From NCBI GenBank assembly GCA_965112735.1, contig OZ218958.1, positions 2,666,001-2,730,000 of the forward strand: a stretch of 64,000 nt of DNA, given 5' to 3'. The notes under the pieces are model-generated. The model was given only the letters and a program-made list of their open reading frames with translations, was not told the origin of the DNA and did no database searches. Made by a program: the position numbers and the translations under genes. The stretch comes from Phaeosaccion multiseriatum (taxonomy: Eukaryota; Protista; Ochrophyta, other classes). Shown here in pieces: positions 1 through 11,496 of the stretch (position 1 is its first letter; each line of letters starts with the position of its first letter).

Positions 1-340
1 CGGAGGAGGAGCGCTCCAGCACCGCAGCCAGGCGACAGATGCATGCCTCCCCCACCTTTTCGCACCACATGTTCCTGCACACAAGGTCGGGGCTGCCGCG
101 TAAGATGAGGTGCGTGGGACCACCCTGTCCAGCCTGTTTGGAGGCCTCTGCCAGACTACGAGCCACGCGTTGTCTCCGTCGTCCTGAGGTTGTTTCCTCT
201 GCTGTTGCTGGTGCTGCTACCGGGGCGGCCCCTGCCGGCTCTGTGCCCTCTACCCTTCTGGCAGCCCTCAAAGCGGCTCTTTTCGCCGCTCCTGCCGCCG
301 TAGCTGAGAAAGGGAAGCAAAGACCCCTCGTTGCGTGCAT
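1..340 (-). CDS. 5' part of a protein-coding gene running off the left edge; unknown product
   Basis: Open frame from ATG at 340 to the window edge: MHATRGLCFPFSATAAGAAKRAALRAARR...LVCRNMWCEKVGEACICRLAAVLERSSS. Arg/Ala-rich N-terminus resembles a transit peptide. Head-to-head with the gene at 715. Confidence 0.5.
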   Translation of the reverse strand, partial: MHATRGLCFPFSATAAGAAKRAALRAARRVEGTEPAGAAPVAAPATAEETTSGRRRQRVARSLAEASKQAGQGGPTHLILRGSPDLVCRNMWCEKVGEACICRLAAVLERSSS

Positions 341-714
341 GGGTCTGGAGAGGGGCCAGTCAAATGGGAGAGGAGAAAGAAGGAAAAAGAAAAAAGAATG
401 GGAGAGAGGTGCCATCTGTGAGTGATTCCGAGCCACCAACACGTCAAGTTCAATATTCCGTGACCCGAATCCGTGATAAACTTTCTCTCCTTTCCTTTCT
501 CCTTTCCTTTCTCTACCGTGATGATTGACAGCAGAATGGTGCGCGGGGCGTAATTACACTCTCTCCTCGCCATCTCATAGGGGAACTCATAGCATAGTGG
601 CTGCAAGCATAAGGATTGCAGGCCAAATTTTTTGCTTGGCTTTGAACCCATTGTGCTGTGTGCGCATTCAAGTACCTTGTTGGACTTGAAGAAGGAGGCT
701 CTTGCTGTGGTGGA

Positions 715-1596
715 ATGATGCAATGGAGCTCTTTGATACCCGCTCTCGCAGCAGTTCTTTTTCAGCGGGCCTCCTCAGCGTTCGCGGGGGAGAGATTCAC
801 GGGAACGTCTTGGGCGATGGTCTATGAAAAGATGGCCCAAAGTCGGCGCGATTTGCAGAGTCTCCCAGAAGAAGAAAGGGACACGACTGACTCATATCCA
901 ATGCTTGGGTTGGACGATCTTCCAGACTCCTTCCCTCTTGGCTACCCAGACGGCTTGGGCGACTTCGTACTCGATGGTTGGTGGGGGGGCTGCGCGGGTG
1001 CCTCTTTTTCTGGGTGCACTGGAGACTATGTGCCACATGAAGGCTACGCCCTCGACCTTACCGGCCAGACTTGCTACGTGAACCCAGTGAGCGAGAACGT
1101 CCCCGTTCAAGTTCACTGGTTTGGACCTCTGCCGAGATTTAGCAATACGCCATGGGAAAACATAACCTATTTTATGAGCACACTTGTTCCTGAGAATGTG
1201 ACCGACGCTCTTCTTGCAAGTTGTACGGCTGGAGGAGAGTGCTCATGTGAGGCAATCGAGTCCGTGGACGGAGAAGGTGGGCGCGTTTGCGAAAGGATTT
1301 GCACCGCAAGCTGGGGCCCATATTGGGTGGAAAGCGAGTGCATCTCCGAAGGCAGATACAGCTTAAACAACGAGACTTTCTGCTCTTTTGGCGCGAGCCT
1401 CAGCGATATTTCGTCTACAGCCCCGTCGCCTACACCCAATGATACAGCCCCTTCGCCTACACCCCGGACAAGCCCTGCAGGGAATGGCGCCGCCTCGACT
1501 TCTCTGATGGGTTTCCTTCCTTGTAGCCTGGTGCTCCTTACGATGGCCATCACTTCTCGCCCGCTCATCTACGGCGGCTTGAGGCGACGGCGGTGA
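715..1596 (+). CDS. Secreted/surface Cys-rich protein with Ser/Thr/Pro linker and hydrophobic C-terminus (GPI-anchor-like); intronless, function unknown
   Basis: Signal peptide MMQWSSLIPALAAVLFQRASSA; many Cys; repeated TAPSPTP linker; GNGAAS followed by hydrophobic LMGFLPCSLVLLTMAI. Confidence 0.7.
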   Translation: MMQWSSLIPALAAVLFQRASSAFAGERFTGTSWAMVYEKMAQSRRDLQSLPEEERDTTDSYPMLGLDDLPDSFPLGYPDGLGDFVLDGWWGGCAGASFSGCTGDYVPHEGYALDLTGQTCYVNPVSENVPVQVHWFGPLPRFSNTPWENITYFMSTLVPENVTDALLASCTAGGECSCEAIESVDGEGGRVCERICTASWGPYWVESECISEGRYSLNNETFCSFGASLSDISSTAPSPTPNDTAPSPTPRTSPAGNGAASTSLMGFLPCSLVLLTMAITSRPLIYGGLRRRR

Positions 1597-2153
1597 GGTG
1601 CATGACCCATGGAGGGCTGACGGGCAGCAGCGGGTAGGAGTGGAGGGTGGAGGCAGGGGCGGCGACAAGCAAGAGTATTAGTTGTAGTGTTTTTTTTTTT
1701 TTGCCCCCTCTTCTCTTCTCTCAGCTGCTTTTTCTCCTCCCTAAAGTCTCGGATGTTCATCAGCAGCTCCTTCCTCACGACCTCCCTCTCACCCTCCCAC
1801 TGTTGCGTCTCCCAAGCTCATCCCCAGATAGAACTAGTTGATTGCCCCTGAGAAGAACCCCCCATGCTGATGTTCACAGAGTTGCAAGGTGACATTGTGG
1901 CTGTAGTGCGAGGGCGCCACTCCCACTGTGGGCGGGCTGCTCGGAGGGCTTTATTTATTGTGGGCGGGCTTGGGAGGCAAGATAATAAAAGCTTTATGCA
2001 TCGAAAATTTATCGAGTATATCGATTTTCACTCTCCCCTCCCTCCATTCCTCCCTCCTCTCCTCTTCTCCCACACTCAGCTCCCTCACTTCCCCTCCCTC
2101 TGTCATTTACACATTGGTAGGAATTGAAGCGTACAAAATAGGAGGGGCCTGTA

Positions 2154-3638
2154 ATGCTTCAGCCTGTAGGGCAGCTGCGGCGGGCCTTCGGGCTGAGGCG
2201 TAGACTGCCCCTCTCCCCTCATGCCACCTCTCGCCACTGCCCTGGCCAACACCACCGGCAGCTACCGTGCCAGTATGCTCAAATCCACGCACAGCAGAGG
2301 TGTGTGTCCTTCCGGATACCATTGACCCCCCCTACAGCAAGTGTAAGACGGGGATTGAGTACGCAAGTACCCACGACAGCAGGGGGAGAAGCAGGGAAGA
2401 AGGGGGCGGCCATGGATGAGCCGGACAGCTGGCCAGTCAAGTACAAAGTTCTTGGGGCGACGGTATTGGCCATGTTCTTCCCGTGGCTGTTCGATTACGT
2501 GGTGCGCCACGACCCAGAGACACGCTACTTCATTGAGGAGAAGCTATCTGCACGGCTCATCGCGACACTGAGGCGGCGCCAGGGAGGCTCGTTTGCGGAC
2601 GAGGATCCTCAACAAAGGGCCTTCGTAAAGTGTCAGAAAGACCTGCAGGCAAGGTCCGTGAACGCACGTCTTGTCCTTCGGGCGGGGGGGCTGGGAGGGG
2701 CAGAAGGGGCAGTCGGCGGCGGAGGAGGAGATGGAATGGAGGACCTTCGACAGGTGGAGGCTCTGCCTGGGAGCGAAGCCTTTGAGGAGGTTGCCAGGAA
2801 GGTAAGAGACGGAGGCTGCGAAGGCTGGCAGGGGCGGCGCAACAGGCTCTGGCTGTTGCGCCAGTCATCGCTTGGATGATGCGTCTCCCCTCCCCCCCCC
2901 CCCCGCCGCCCCCTGTTGGCGCGGCCACTGCTGCAAAGGGCGGTGGTATAGTAAGTGCGGAACGGTGCACATGATGATCACATCATTACTCGACGGCTGC
3001 AAAGGGCGTGTAGCACCGACTGACTTGACTGCATGATGATCACCTCACTGCCGTAGGTGCTAGCCCAGGAGCAGCTGCTCGACGGCGGGCAGGTGGTACA
3101 CAACTTCATCTTCGACGACTCTTCATCCGATGGTCACAACGGCGACGACGATGCGGAGTGGGAGAGTGAGCTGTACCCGGAGCTTAACCCGGAACACCAG
3201 CGGAAGGGGGGGGAAGAGCTGCAGCAGCAGAGGGAGAAGATCAAAACCCCCGCCTCCTTCTCTGCGGTGGAGGGAAAGGGGAGAGAGGTGGAACCCACGC
3301 TCAGCCATATCAGGCAAGAGTCTCTGTGGACGGCACTCGCCCCCCAGACGCAGCAGCAGCAGCAGCAGCAGCAGGAGGAGGAACAGCAGCAGCAACACCA
3401 ACAGCAGCAATGGCAGCAAGCAGGAGCGGCATCATCCTCCTCCTCCGCCTCGCTGGCCTCCAAGGAGCAAGCCCGGCTGCTCGTGGCTAGTCTAGAGGAG
3501 CGTATGGCATCCCTGGAGGCGGAGAAGCGCTACAGCCCACGCTCGATGGACGATATTGACGAAGAGATTGAAGAACTGCGGCTCAGAGCCAAGGCCATTC
3601 GGAAACAGCACCTTGGCAAGAGGTTCTTCTTCTTCTGA
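2154..3638 (+). CDS. Probable mitochondrial single-pass membrane protein, unknown function; exons 2154-2801 and 3057-3638
   Basis: Arg-rich, acid-free presequence; hydrophobic VLGATVLAMFFPWLF; phase-0 intron AAG|gtaag...ccgtag|GTG joins the two ORFs in frame; C-terminal coiled coil. Confidence 0.65.
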
Positions 3639-4233
3639 GTGAATGCGACACTTGCATGCATGCGTGGATGGGGTATTGCCTCACAGCGTCAGGAGGGTGG
3701 GGTGTGTGGTGATTGGGAGTTAGAGTTTTGTATGAAAGAGTCTTTTCTGTGTGACACGCTCTTTATACAGGGGTGATTGACAGCAAGCCCTCGTCCATCA
3801 TGTCACCGTCATCCTTGTTCTTGTTCTTGCTCTTGTTCTTCTTCTTCTTAAATTCAACAAATAATAGCGGTTTGGTTGAGAAGAGGAGGGTACCACAATG
3901 AAGGCGAGGCAGGCGGACGCCGCACGGCGTTCCATTGGCCTTCTCCCCCAAATGGGCGTTTCATCTCTCGGCGTGTTGCTCCCTTAAACCCCCCTCTTGA
4001 GGACCAGGAGGAAGCACCGAGAGAGCGAAGTGGGGCACCTACTTCATCCTCGTTGTCCTTCTCCGCTGCCGCTGTGGGCCAAACCTTGCACCAACACGGC
4101 GCCGTCGTAAGGTGAGTGAGAGTGCTCCTCCCCCCCCGCTCTCTACAGACCAAGGGCGTCCTTCACTCCTCCACTTGCGCTCCTTCCAACCAACCAACCA
4201 AGCCAAGTGTGGGGAGGCAGGTACATAGATAGA

Positions 4234-5387
4234 CTACGATTGCTTCTTGCTCTTGCCCTTTCCACCCTTGCTCTCCCCCTCCCCACTACTTGTTGTTTTT
4301 GTTGCTTGTGCTGCTGCATCTGCTGAAGCCCCCCCTCCTCCGCTTCTCCTGTCTGGCAGGGCGTCGAGCCACTTGACTGGGTTGCGGTTGAAGAAAGGCC
4401 AGTCAGGCACCACAAGCTGAGGAGTAGATAGATGGAGAGAGTAGGGACAGAGAGGAGGCGGAGAGGAGCAGCACACGCCAACGAAGAATAATAATTGTTA
4501 GATAGGGAGGTAGGGCTCTCTGAGCTGAATGCAATGGATAAGGGGGAGGTAAGAGAAGGTAGAGTGGGCCGCAGTGGAGAGAACAACAGGTCAACGAAGA
4601 AACAGAGTTGCTAGGTAGGGAGGAGGTTGACTCTGAATGATCCACTCCTCCCCCTCCTGCTCGGCCTTCGCTCTTTGGTGCCTCCGGCAGCAACTCTTCG
4701 CCCTCCCCTCATTCACGAGAGGCACGCGTTGAGGGGAGAGGGGGCTTTCCCTTCGTGTATTGTGTGTGAGCAGTAGGGCTGGGTACGCCGCCTATCGAAC
4801 GACCCTTTCTGTCCGAATCATGGCAAATCCCTATGCCACTTCACTTACAAGTGTTGATACAAGGACACCTGCAGCGCAGCCGATGACCACCGTCTGGAAA
4901 TCCTGCCAAATGTAACCTGCAGACGGGCAGGGTAGGGCAGACAGGGCAGGGGCGACAGGGACCAATGAGTACGCACGCCAGATTCCCGCCAGGTTCCCGT
5001 CAGATTCCTCGTCCCTCCACCCAAAGTCCAGGCTCGGCCCTGACGCGGCGAAGGGAAGTTAAACGCAAGGGCAGAGACCGCCCTACTTGGCGGTTCGAGT
5101 TGCCTGCCCTGTCGTCTTGCTCTCCTTCTCCCCAGTGAAGCCTGCACGGTAAGTCGTACCTAATATCCATGCCACACTCCCGAAGAGGATAATAATGTAG
5201 TAGTAAAGGTGCTCGGCAAGCTCCTGCCCTTTGTAGTCCTGTGGGTCCAAGCAAAGAGCTTAGTGAGGGATAGATAGAGCTGGGGATTGATAGAGGCCCC
5301 CCTTCTTTCACCTTGCCCACACACGCGACGCTCGTCCACCCCACCCGAGCGAGTGTGCTCCGCGACGACGTCCGCGTGACTCACCAT
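4234..5387 (-). CDS. SPCS1: Signal peptidase complex subunit 1 (SPC12); exons 5387-5385 (ATG only), 5238-5160, 4916-4849, 4416-4234
   Basis: Spliced product MDYKGQELAEHLYYYIIILFGSVAWILGYIWQDFQTVVIGCAAGVLVSTLLVVPDWPFFNRNPVKWL matches the SPC12 signature (MDxKGQxxAE...P-W-P-x-x-N-R-x-P-x-x-W-L). All introns are GT-AG with consistent phase. Confidence 0.92.
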
Positions 5388-5672
5388 GACTGGAGGGTTG
5401 GAGTACCCTTGCTTGCCCTTCAGTCCCTACGCCTCTCGCCGCCCCTCCTCCTTTGTAGCTCCTCTCCCCTCGCTTTCTTTACAGACAGCGCTCCTGGGGT
5501 GCTACAGTTCCTGCTTCCAGTGGGCGCTAGTTCTCTGGAAGGGTTGGGGGGCTTCAGTTTTTCTTTGGCTCTTGTATCCTGAAGCGACGAGAGCGACGGG
5601 GGAGGACGGGGAATTTAAGTTCCAATTTGGTACCCTCTCTCCCGACATGGACGCCAAAACCAGGACGAGACC

Positions 5673-8224
5673 ATGGCTTGGCAAATCGCCAATGCTTTGC
5701 CGGCTGCCATCACGGCGGCCTTGGTGCTCTGCTCCCCACTTCCCCGTCCGGTGGCGGCAGCGGTAGTGGGTCGGCAGCAGCAGGCCTCGCCCTTCGGGAG
5801 TGCAGCTCCATCAGGCCAGGTGGCACGTTGCAGGAGCAGCTCCAGCAGTTCTTCCAGTAGCAGCAGCAGCAGCCGTAGCGGGACTGAGCAGCAGCCGCAG
5901 CAACAGCAACATCAGAATAATGGGCCACGGAAGCAAGAGCAGTGTCGGAAAAGAAGGCGACGGGGAGTACCAGAGGAGAATGGCGCCAACCGCCAAGCAC
6001 CAGGCGCGCCATCATCATCAGTGCGTAGACGAGCGCTCGTGCAGGCCATAGCGGAGATTTCCGGGACGCAAGCGCCTCCCCTCCCGTGTGATATCGTAAC
6101 ACATGCTTCCGGCGAGTCCTCTGAACCGAGGCAAGTGCAACAGCAGCAGGAGGAGGAGGATCAGCAAAGGAGCGAAGATGAGCGCCTGGCTGTCGCAGTA
6201 GGCCCATCCTCCCCTCTTCACCATTCTGCATCGCCCCAACCGTCAAATTGGGTCCAATTCAGCAGGAGCGGCGTTGGCAGAGGTCTGCTTTCCGCCACCT
6301 CCTCCCCTCCGAGCAGCGCCTTACCCCCCTTCCGCCCCAGCAGCTGCGGTTCGCGACTACGTTGTCGGCTGGTGGCAGACTTGCCGAGGGGAGGCTCCAG
6401 TGGCAGAAGAGGTGGGTCCTTACTCGAGCGTCGTCGAGAATCATGCGAGAATGGAGAGTATTGTAGAAGGAACTCTCGGGGGTGCAAGAGGGACGATGAC
6501 ACCTGCAGTGTCAGCTAGAGGGAGTCACATCAGTCCAGCAGCGGGTTGAAGCTAGTCACACCGATCCCTCTTTGTATTTGACCGCTGGCAAGTCCTTCCT
6601 TAATGTCTCCGTGCCCTCCTTTCTGCTGCCTCATGCATGCTCAACGTTGCTCCGTATTCCGAAACGCAAAGCAGGGGGTGGCTCCGACGGGTATGACAAC
6701 AACGACTATGGCAATCAGGGCGGGGATAACTGGGGAGGAGGAGGGGGAGGGGGATACTACGATGACGGTTTCGACGACGGCATGGACAGAGGGTATGATC
6801 AGGGTTACAACGGATACGACGACTATCAGGATGATCAGTACGGGGACGATTGGGCCGACAGGGGGGACAGCAGAAGGAAGAAGCGAAGAGCCGAAGGAGG
6901 GGGTGGCTTGTCGTTGAGGGGGGTGGATGTGCAGGCCACTCTGACGCACGGCAACAAGAAGTATGGTATCATCACCATCGCTGCTTCCTTCGTCATCACC
7001 ATGATGGGTGTGTCGCTCTTCTTTGAGAAGAATCTCATGCGCCTCGGCAATGTAAGGAAGGCTTCACGACGGGACGGCGGGGGGGGGGGGGGGAGATGGG
7101 ATGAGGCCGGCTAGGAATGTACAGGGGGGAGGAAAGAATGGCCGTGTGTGTCTCTACGTACATATTTGCGTGTACATCCACCCCTCAACTTATACGTGTC
7201 CTCCTCCTTCTCCTGCTCCTCGTCCTTCTCCTCTTCTTCCTCCTCCTCCTCCTCCTCCTCCTCCTCCTCCTCTTGCTCCTCCTCCTCTTGCTCCTCCTCC
7301 TCCTCCATAACCACCACCACTACCACCACGACCACCATCATAGCTCGGCTTCATCGCGGGTACTTCTCTGTTCATCGGACCCAGCCGTACTGTGAAGTAC
7401 TTCCTGCAGCCGTCCAAGCTGCGAGGCACCATCATCTTTCTCATTGGATTCTTCTTTGTCTTCACTGGGCACCCGATTATAGGGCTGGCTGTGGAGGTCT
7501 TTGGCTTCCTGAACCTCTTCGGGTACGTTGGAAGCCTCGGGGTTGCGTGTGCTTGTTTAGCGGAAAGCACCGCTCTCTGCAGTGGCCCTGTGGTGGATGG
7601 GCAACACGTTCAGGTCTCTATCTTTGACTCTCTCCTCGACTCTCTCGAGTCCTTGTGGGGGTGGGCCTTGCTCCAGTCTGTTGCCTCCCCTTGTCCTGGA
7701 TGTGACGGTTTCGGTTGTTCCGTGCCTTTATATCTCTCTATCGACTGGAAGATCCTGCGAGCGAGATGCTGTCGCTCCTGGGCATCAGGTCGAGAGCTTC
7801 GTTGACGCATGGCACCACAATATTCGCACTTTCGTCCCTCCCTTGCTGGCTGATCCTCTGTCTTCACTCTCTTCTGTCTGTGCATCCTCTCTCTCATCCC
7901 CCTCCCTCCCCCCTCTCTCTGTCTTTTGTTCTCTCCCCTCCCCCTTCCTCCCTCTCTCTCTTTTCTCTCAATACTCGTGCACTGCCATCTCCCAGCAACA
8001 TGCTGCCAATGTTTGGAGCCATGGCCGCAAACATGCCATTCGTGAAGGATATTATCGGCGGCGCAAGCGGCGGCAAAGGAGGTGGAAGCGGAAGGGGGCG
8101 AGGAGGGAGCAAGAGCAGCAGCAGCAAAAAGAAGCGAAGCTCGGGGGGCGGGGGCGGGAGGCGACCCCCTCCCCCGCCGTCGGACTACTATGACGACGGT
8201 TTCGAGGAAGACTACCGCTATTAA
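5673..8224 (+). CDS. GOT1: Got1/GOLT1-family vesicle transport protein with long N-terminal extension; exons 5673-6411, 6675-7051, 7344-7522, 7996-8224
   Basis: NKKYGIITIAASFVITMMGVSLFFEKNLMRLGN-LGFIAGTSLFIGPSRTVKYFLQPSKLRGTIIFLIGFFFVFTGHPIIGLAVEVFGFLNLFGNMLP matches the Got1 four-TM pattern. Intron phases 1, 0, 2 are consistent. The first exon is less certain than the core. Confidence 0.8.
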
Positions 8225-8439
8225 GGGACATGCGTCCCGGCATGGATGGCAATGGGCGCAAGGCTCCATATATAGAAGAGTAAGCATTTGAGGCCAAAGT
8301 GATGTCTGAAGAATCCACCATTGCCTGTAACGTATTCAATCTCCTCTGTCATACGTGTACAAACCACACACACAGAGAGAGCTCCGCCCCTGTCTCCAAG
8401 CACATAAAGTCACCCAGCACACACCTCCCTCCCTGGTCT

Positions 8440-9620
8440 TCAGTCTAAGCAGTCGCAGGGGTGCCCATTGGCATGCACCCACTGCTTGATCTCCTCAAAG
8501 ACACTGCCCCCCACAACCCATTGTCGACCGTCTGCCTTTCTCGAGTTCTCCGTGTCTTGATGAGTCTCTGGACAGACACTCTTGCCCCACGGACAGCCCA
8601 CCTCTTCTGAGCGGAGGCACTGCAGCATTTCCAGGCTTTTGCTATCTTCAAATTGCCGCTCTGCGTACGTCAGGGGTCCAGTCACAGAACTCACGCGCGT
8701 TGGCGTGCAGCCACCGCAGAGCGTCGAGCTGGCCCAAAATGGCATCACCCCATGCTCCCCTCCTCCGCTCCCTCCACCCCAGCCCTGACCGTGTCATTGT
8801 TCATCAGCCATGCCAGCACAGAGATGTGCCCTCCCTTCACAGCATTGAGCCACACCCTGTGATCAAAGGGAGCGTCCACGCTATCCGACAGAAGCCACTC
8901 CAGTAGCGGCAAGTCCCCCCTCCGCGCAGCAGCACTGCTGAAGCTTGAATACCACGGGCCTTTCCCCTCCTTCGCATCAGCCGAGTCCTCTGAGCGCAGC
9001 CACTTGAGCATACTCAGGCTGTGCCGCTCGTTCAAGGCTGCCGATTCGCATGCCTTCGCGCTCCAGGGACAGCCATATGATGGAGGGCCTTGCACATGCT
9101 CACGCATCGTGAGCATCCATACCTAGCAGCGGCCCTGAAAGTCTTGACTGTTGTGGAGGCTCCAGCACACAAGTGGGGGTTTCTGTCTCCCCCCCCAAGG
9201 AGATGCTCAACCGCCAGCAGTAGCAGCAGCAGCAGTCTCACGGGGCACAGCAGCGTGGAGCATGACAGGAGCGGAGGAGACTGCTGGTAGCTACCAGAGG
9301 GAGGGAAGAGAACCCGACCCCCACCCCACGGAAGGAAGGATGTGGCCGTGAGTCCATGGAGGAAGGTACCACCTCCCTCTCCCTGCTGGTCACTCCGTCT
9401 GCTCCATTGTGTCCACACTGAGGAGAGCCCTCCCCGGAGGAGGAGAGAGCCCCGTCCTGACGGCTCAAGTGACTCACGAAGTAGAGAGACGCGCGTCCCC
9501 CTAACGGCTCTAGAGAGATCCCTTCCGTTGACTGCTCAAGTCTCCCACGAAGTCTCCAACGAGTGTCTGGCAAGCCGTCGCCAACAAAGGCCAGATGATC
9601 AAATGTCCGGTGTACTGTCC
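8440..9620 (-). pseudogene. Frameshifted ankyrin-like GCPW-repeat gene remnant, intronless
   Basis: Repeat motifs FRAAARYG, GCPWSAKACESAA, AAARRGDLPLLEWL, AVKGGHISVLAWL, GQLDALRWLHAN..CDWTPDVRRAA and LEMLQCLRSEEVGCPW lie in different frames. Shifts near 9077, 8755 and 8652 have no splice signals. HLAFVGDG near 9580-9600 resembles the family N-terminal motif. Confidence 0.65.
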
Positions 9621-9748
9621 CAGGCTCCTTTGCATCTCAGGGGTGGACCGGGCCCCTCAAGAGAGAGAAAGAGAAAAAGCCCCTTCCTCACGCAAGCGTC
9701 ACACCATATACCCCACACACCCAAGGGCTGGCTGCTCGGTGAATCCCT

Positions 9749-11435
9749 TCACAGCTCTTCAAATCGGTCAGAATCGGCAATGCCACTGTCGTCACTGTCC
9801 ACCGCCCTGGCGCCCCTTCCTCTTCTCCGAGGACCACTACCCGAAGCCGCCGCACCAAGAGGTTCGTCAAAGCCCTGATTGGCTGCTCCGACAGCCCCGA
9901 CAGCCCTCGAAGCCCAACTCAGGGCACCATTCATTACCGTGCCCGCCACCTTGGCGCTCAGAGCAATAGACTCTGGGTTGTTCATGCCCGCTTGCAGCCC
10001 GCTGCGAAGGGCGGCGACGGCGGGGTTGCTCGAGCTGACACCGAGCAGCTTATCCACAAAGCGGTGCACCTTGGCCACTTGGTCACTGCGAGAGAGGGCG
10101 GGAGAGAGAGGGGGACAGGGAGAGCGAGGGAAACGGAAAGAGAAGACAAAATAAGAGGGGGAGAGATGGAGGGAGAGCGAGACAGGGACAGAAGGTGAGG
10201 AGAAGAAGAGAGTGGGGCTCAGACGAAGGAGGGTGTGATGTATATGTGGTGCAGACACTACTCTTTCAAAGGTCGGGGGGGGGGGGGCAGCAGCAGGACG
10301 CACAGGGAAAGAATTGACTCTCTCATGCTCCACGCGACGCGACGACAGTGCAACTCCCGCGGAAACCAAACCAAGCTACACTGTCCTGACACCCGCTATC
10401 CCCTGTCCTGACACCAACCTGTTGGCCTTGCCCGTCTTGATGAGGTTGCACAGGTGCTCGCAGTTGTTCACCACCACATTGTACTCTCGCAGAATCAAGT
10501 CTACCGGGTCCGGTTTCCGCGACGCATTGTCTATCGAGAAGGCGGCTGATGGTGGCGCTTCCCCATCGCTTGCCTGTCCGTAGTCCCCCTGCTTCTTGTC
10601 CGCCCCTGCAGCAGCGGCCCTAGCCCTCGCCTTAGCTTTGCCTTTCCGCACCAGGTCTATCGCCCTGGCGCACGCCTCCTGGCGGTCGGTTTGGCTGTCC
10701 AGCTCCGGATAGGGGATGATGATAAAGTACTTCCCACCCTCCAGGAACTTTTGAACACTGTCAATGTGGGGACCTTCGCTGTATCGAGTGCGATGACACA
10801 CCTGCCACGAGGTGCATAGGGGGGAGAGGGAAGGGGAGAGAAGGGTGGAAATGAGTGTTAGTGGGGGGAAGCGGAGGCACTTTGGGGGAGTGCCTCGTGG
10901 CGACAAGGAAGGGCTCTTCTTCTAGCCCGCTACGCCACATACCTCGTTGTTTCCCAGGTACACCCCATGATGGAAGTACAGGTCCTCGCAGTCCACAGCC
11001 ACGTGGTCTCCTTCCAATACGTGGAAATCGAACTCCTCGATCGGATAGCGCTTTCCGCCGCCCTTGGAGGGGGCCGGCGCTAGCACTGCCTGCACGGCCG
11101 GGCCCAAGAACTTCCTGATGCCATCGAATGGGGAGGGCATGGGCGCAGGGGGAACTTCCTGCGGACGCGAACCAGCGCTGTAGTTTGGAGAGAAGCGGGG
11201 GGGGGTCAGAACGTTAGAACATCGAACGTGAGAAAAAGGGGGGAGGGGACAGCCCTCGTAGATGAAAGGGATCTTACCCGTTCAGGCCCGCGCCCTCATA
11301 GGCATTTACATTCATCGTGAGCGCTTCCTGCTTCTCGGATGGGTGTGAGGACAAGGAGAAAAAGATAAATCGGGTGGGGGGTCGGGGCTCCGGCTCGAAG
11401 TACACGATGTCGAATACCTTCACAGATGACGGCAT
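9749..11435 (-). CDS. LRAT/NC-domain (permuted NlpC/P60) acyltransferase/phospholipase-like protein; 4 exons, start at 11435 or 11315
   Basis: H-box EGDHVAVDCEDLYFHHGVYLGNNEV and NC motif YNVVVNNCEHLCNLIKTG..SDQV, joined across GT-AG introns. Confidence 0.8.
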
Positions 11436-11496
11436 GTCAGTTTCGCCTTGGAAAAAATAGGGTGGAGTGTAGAGTGTGTGTACACACGCAGCTACC

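Noticed and set aside
2802-3056. Possible intronic C/D box snoRNA (ATGATGA twice, CTGA)
   Set aside because: The boxes come from an internal duplication (ctgcaaagggcg...atgatgatcac twice); C-to-D distance is only about 50 nt and I see no terminal stem or rRNA guide.
3763-4153. Short ORFs between the mitochondrial orphan and SPCS1
   Set aside because: Lie between two convergent stop codons; most likely overlapping 3' UTRs.
11440-11456. X-box-like sequence upstream of the ciliary p28 gene
   Set aside because: Poor match to the RFX consensus, and RFX control of ciliary genes is not established in stramenopiles.
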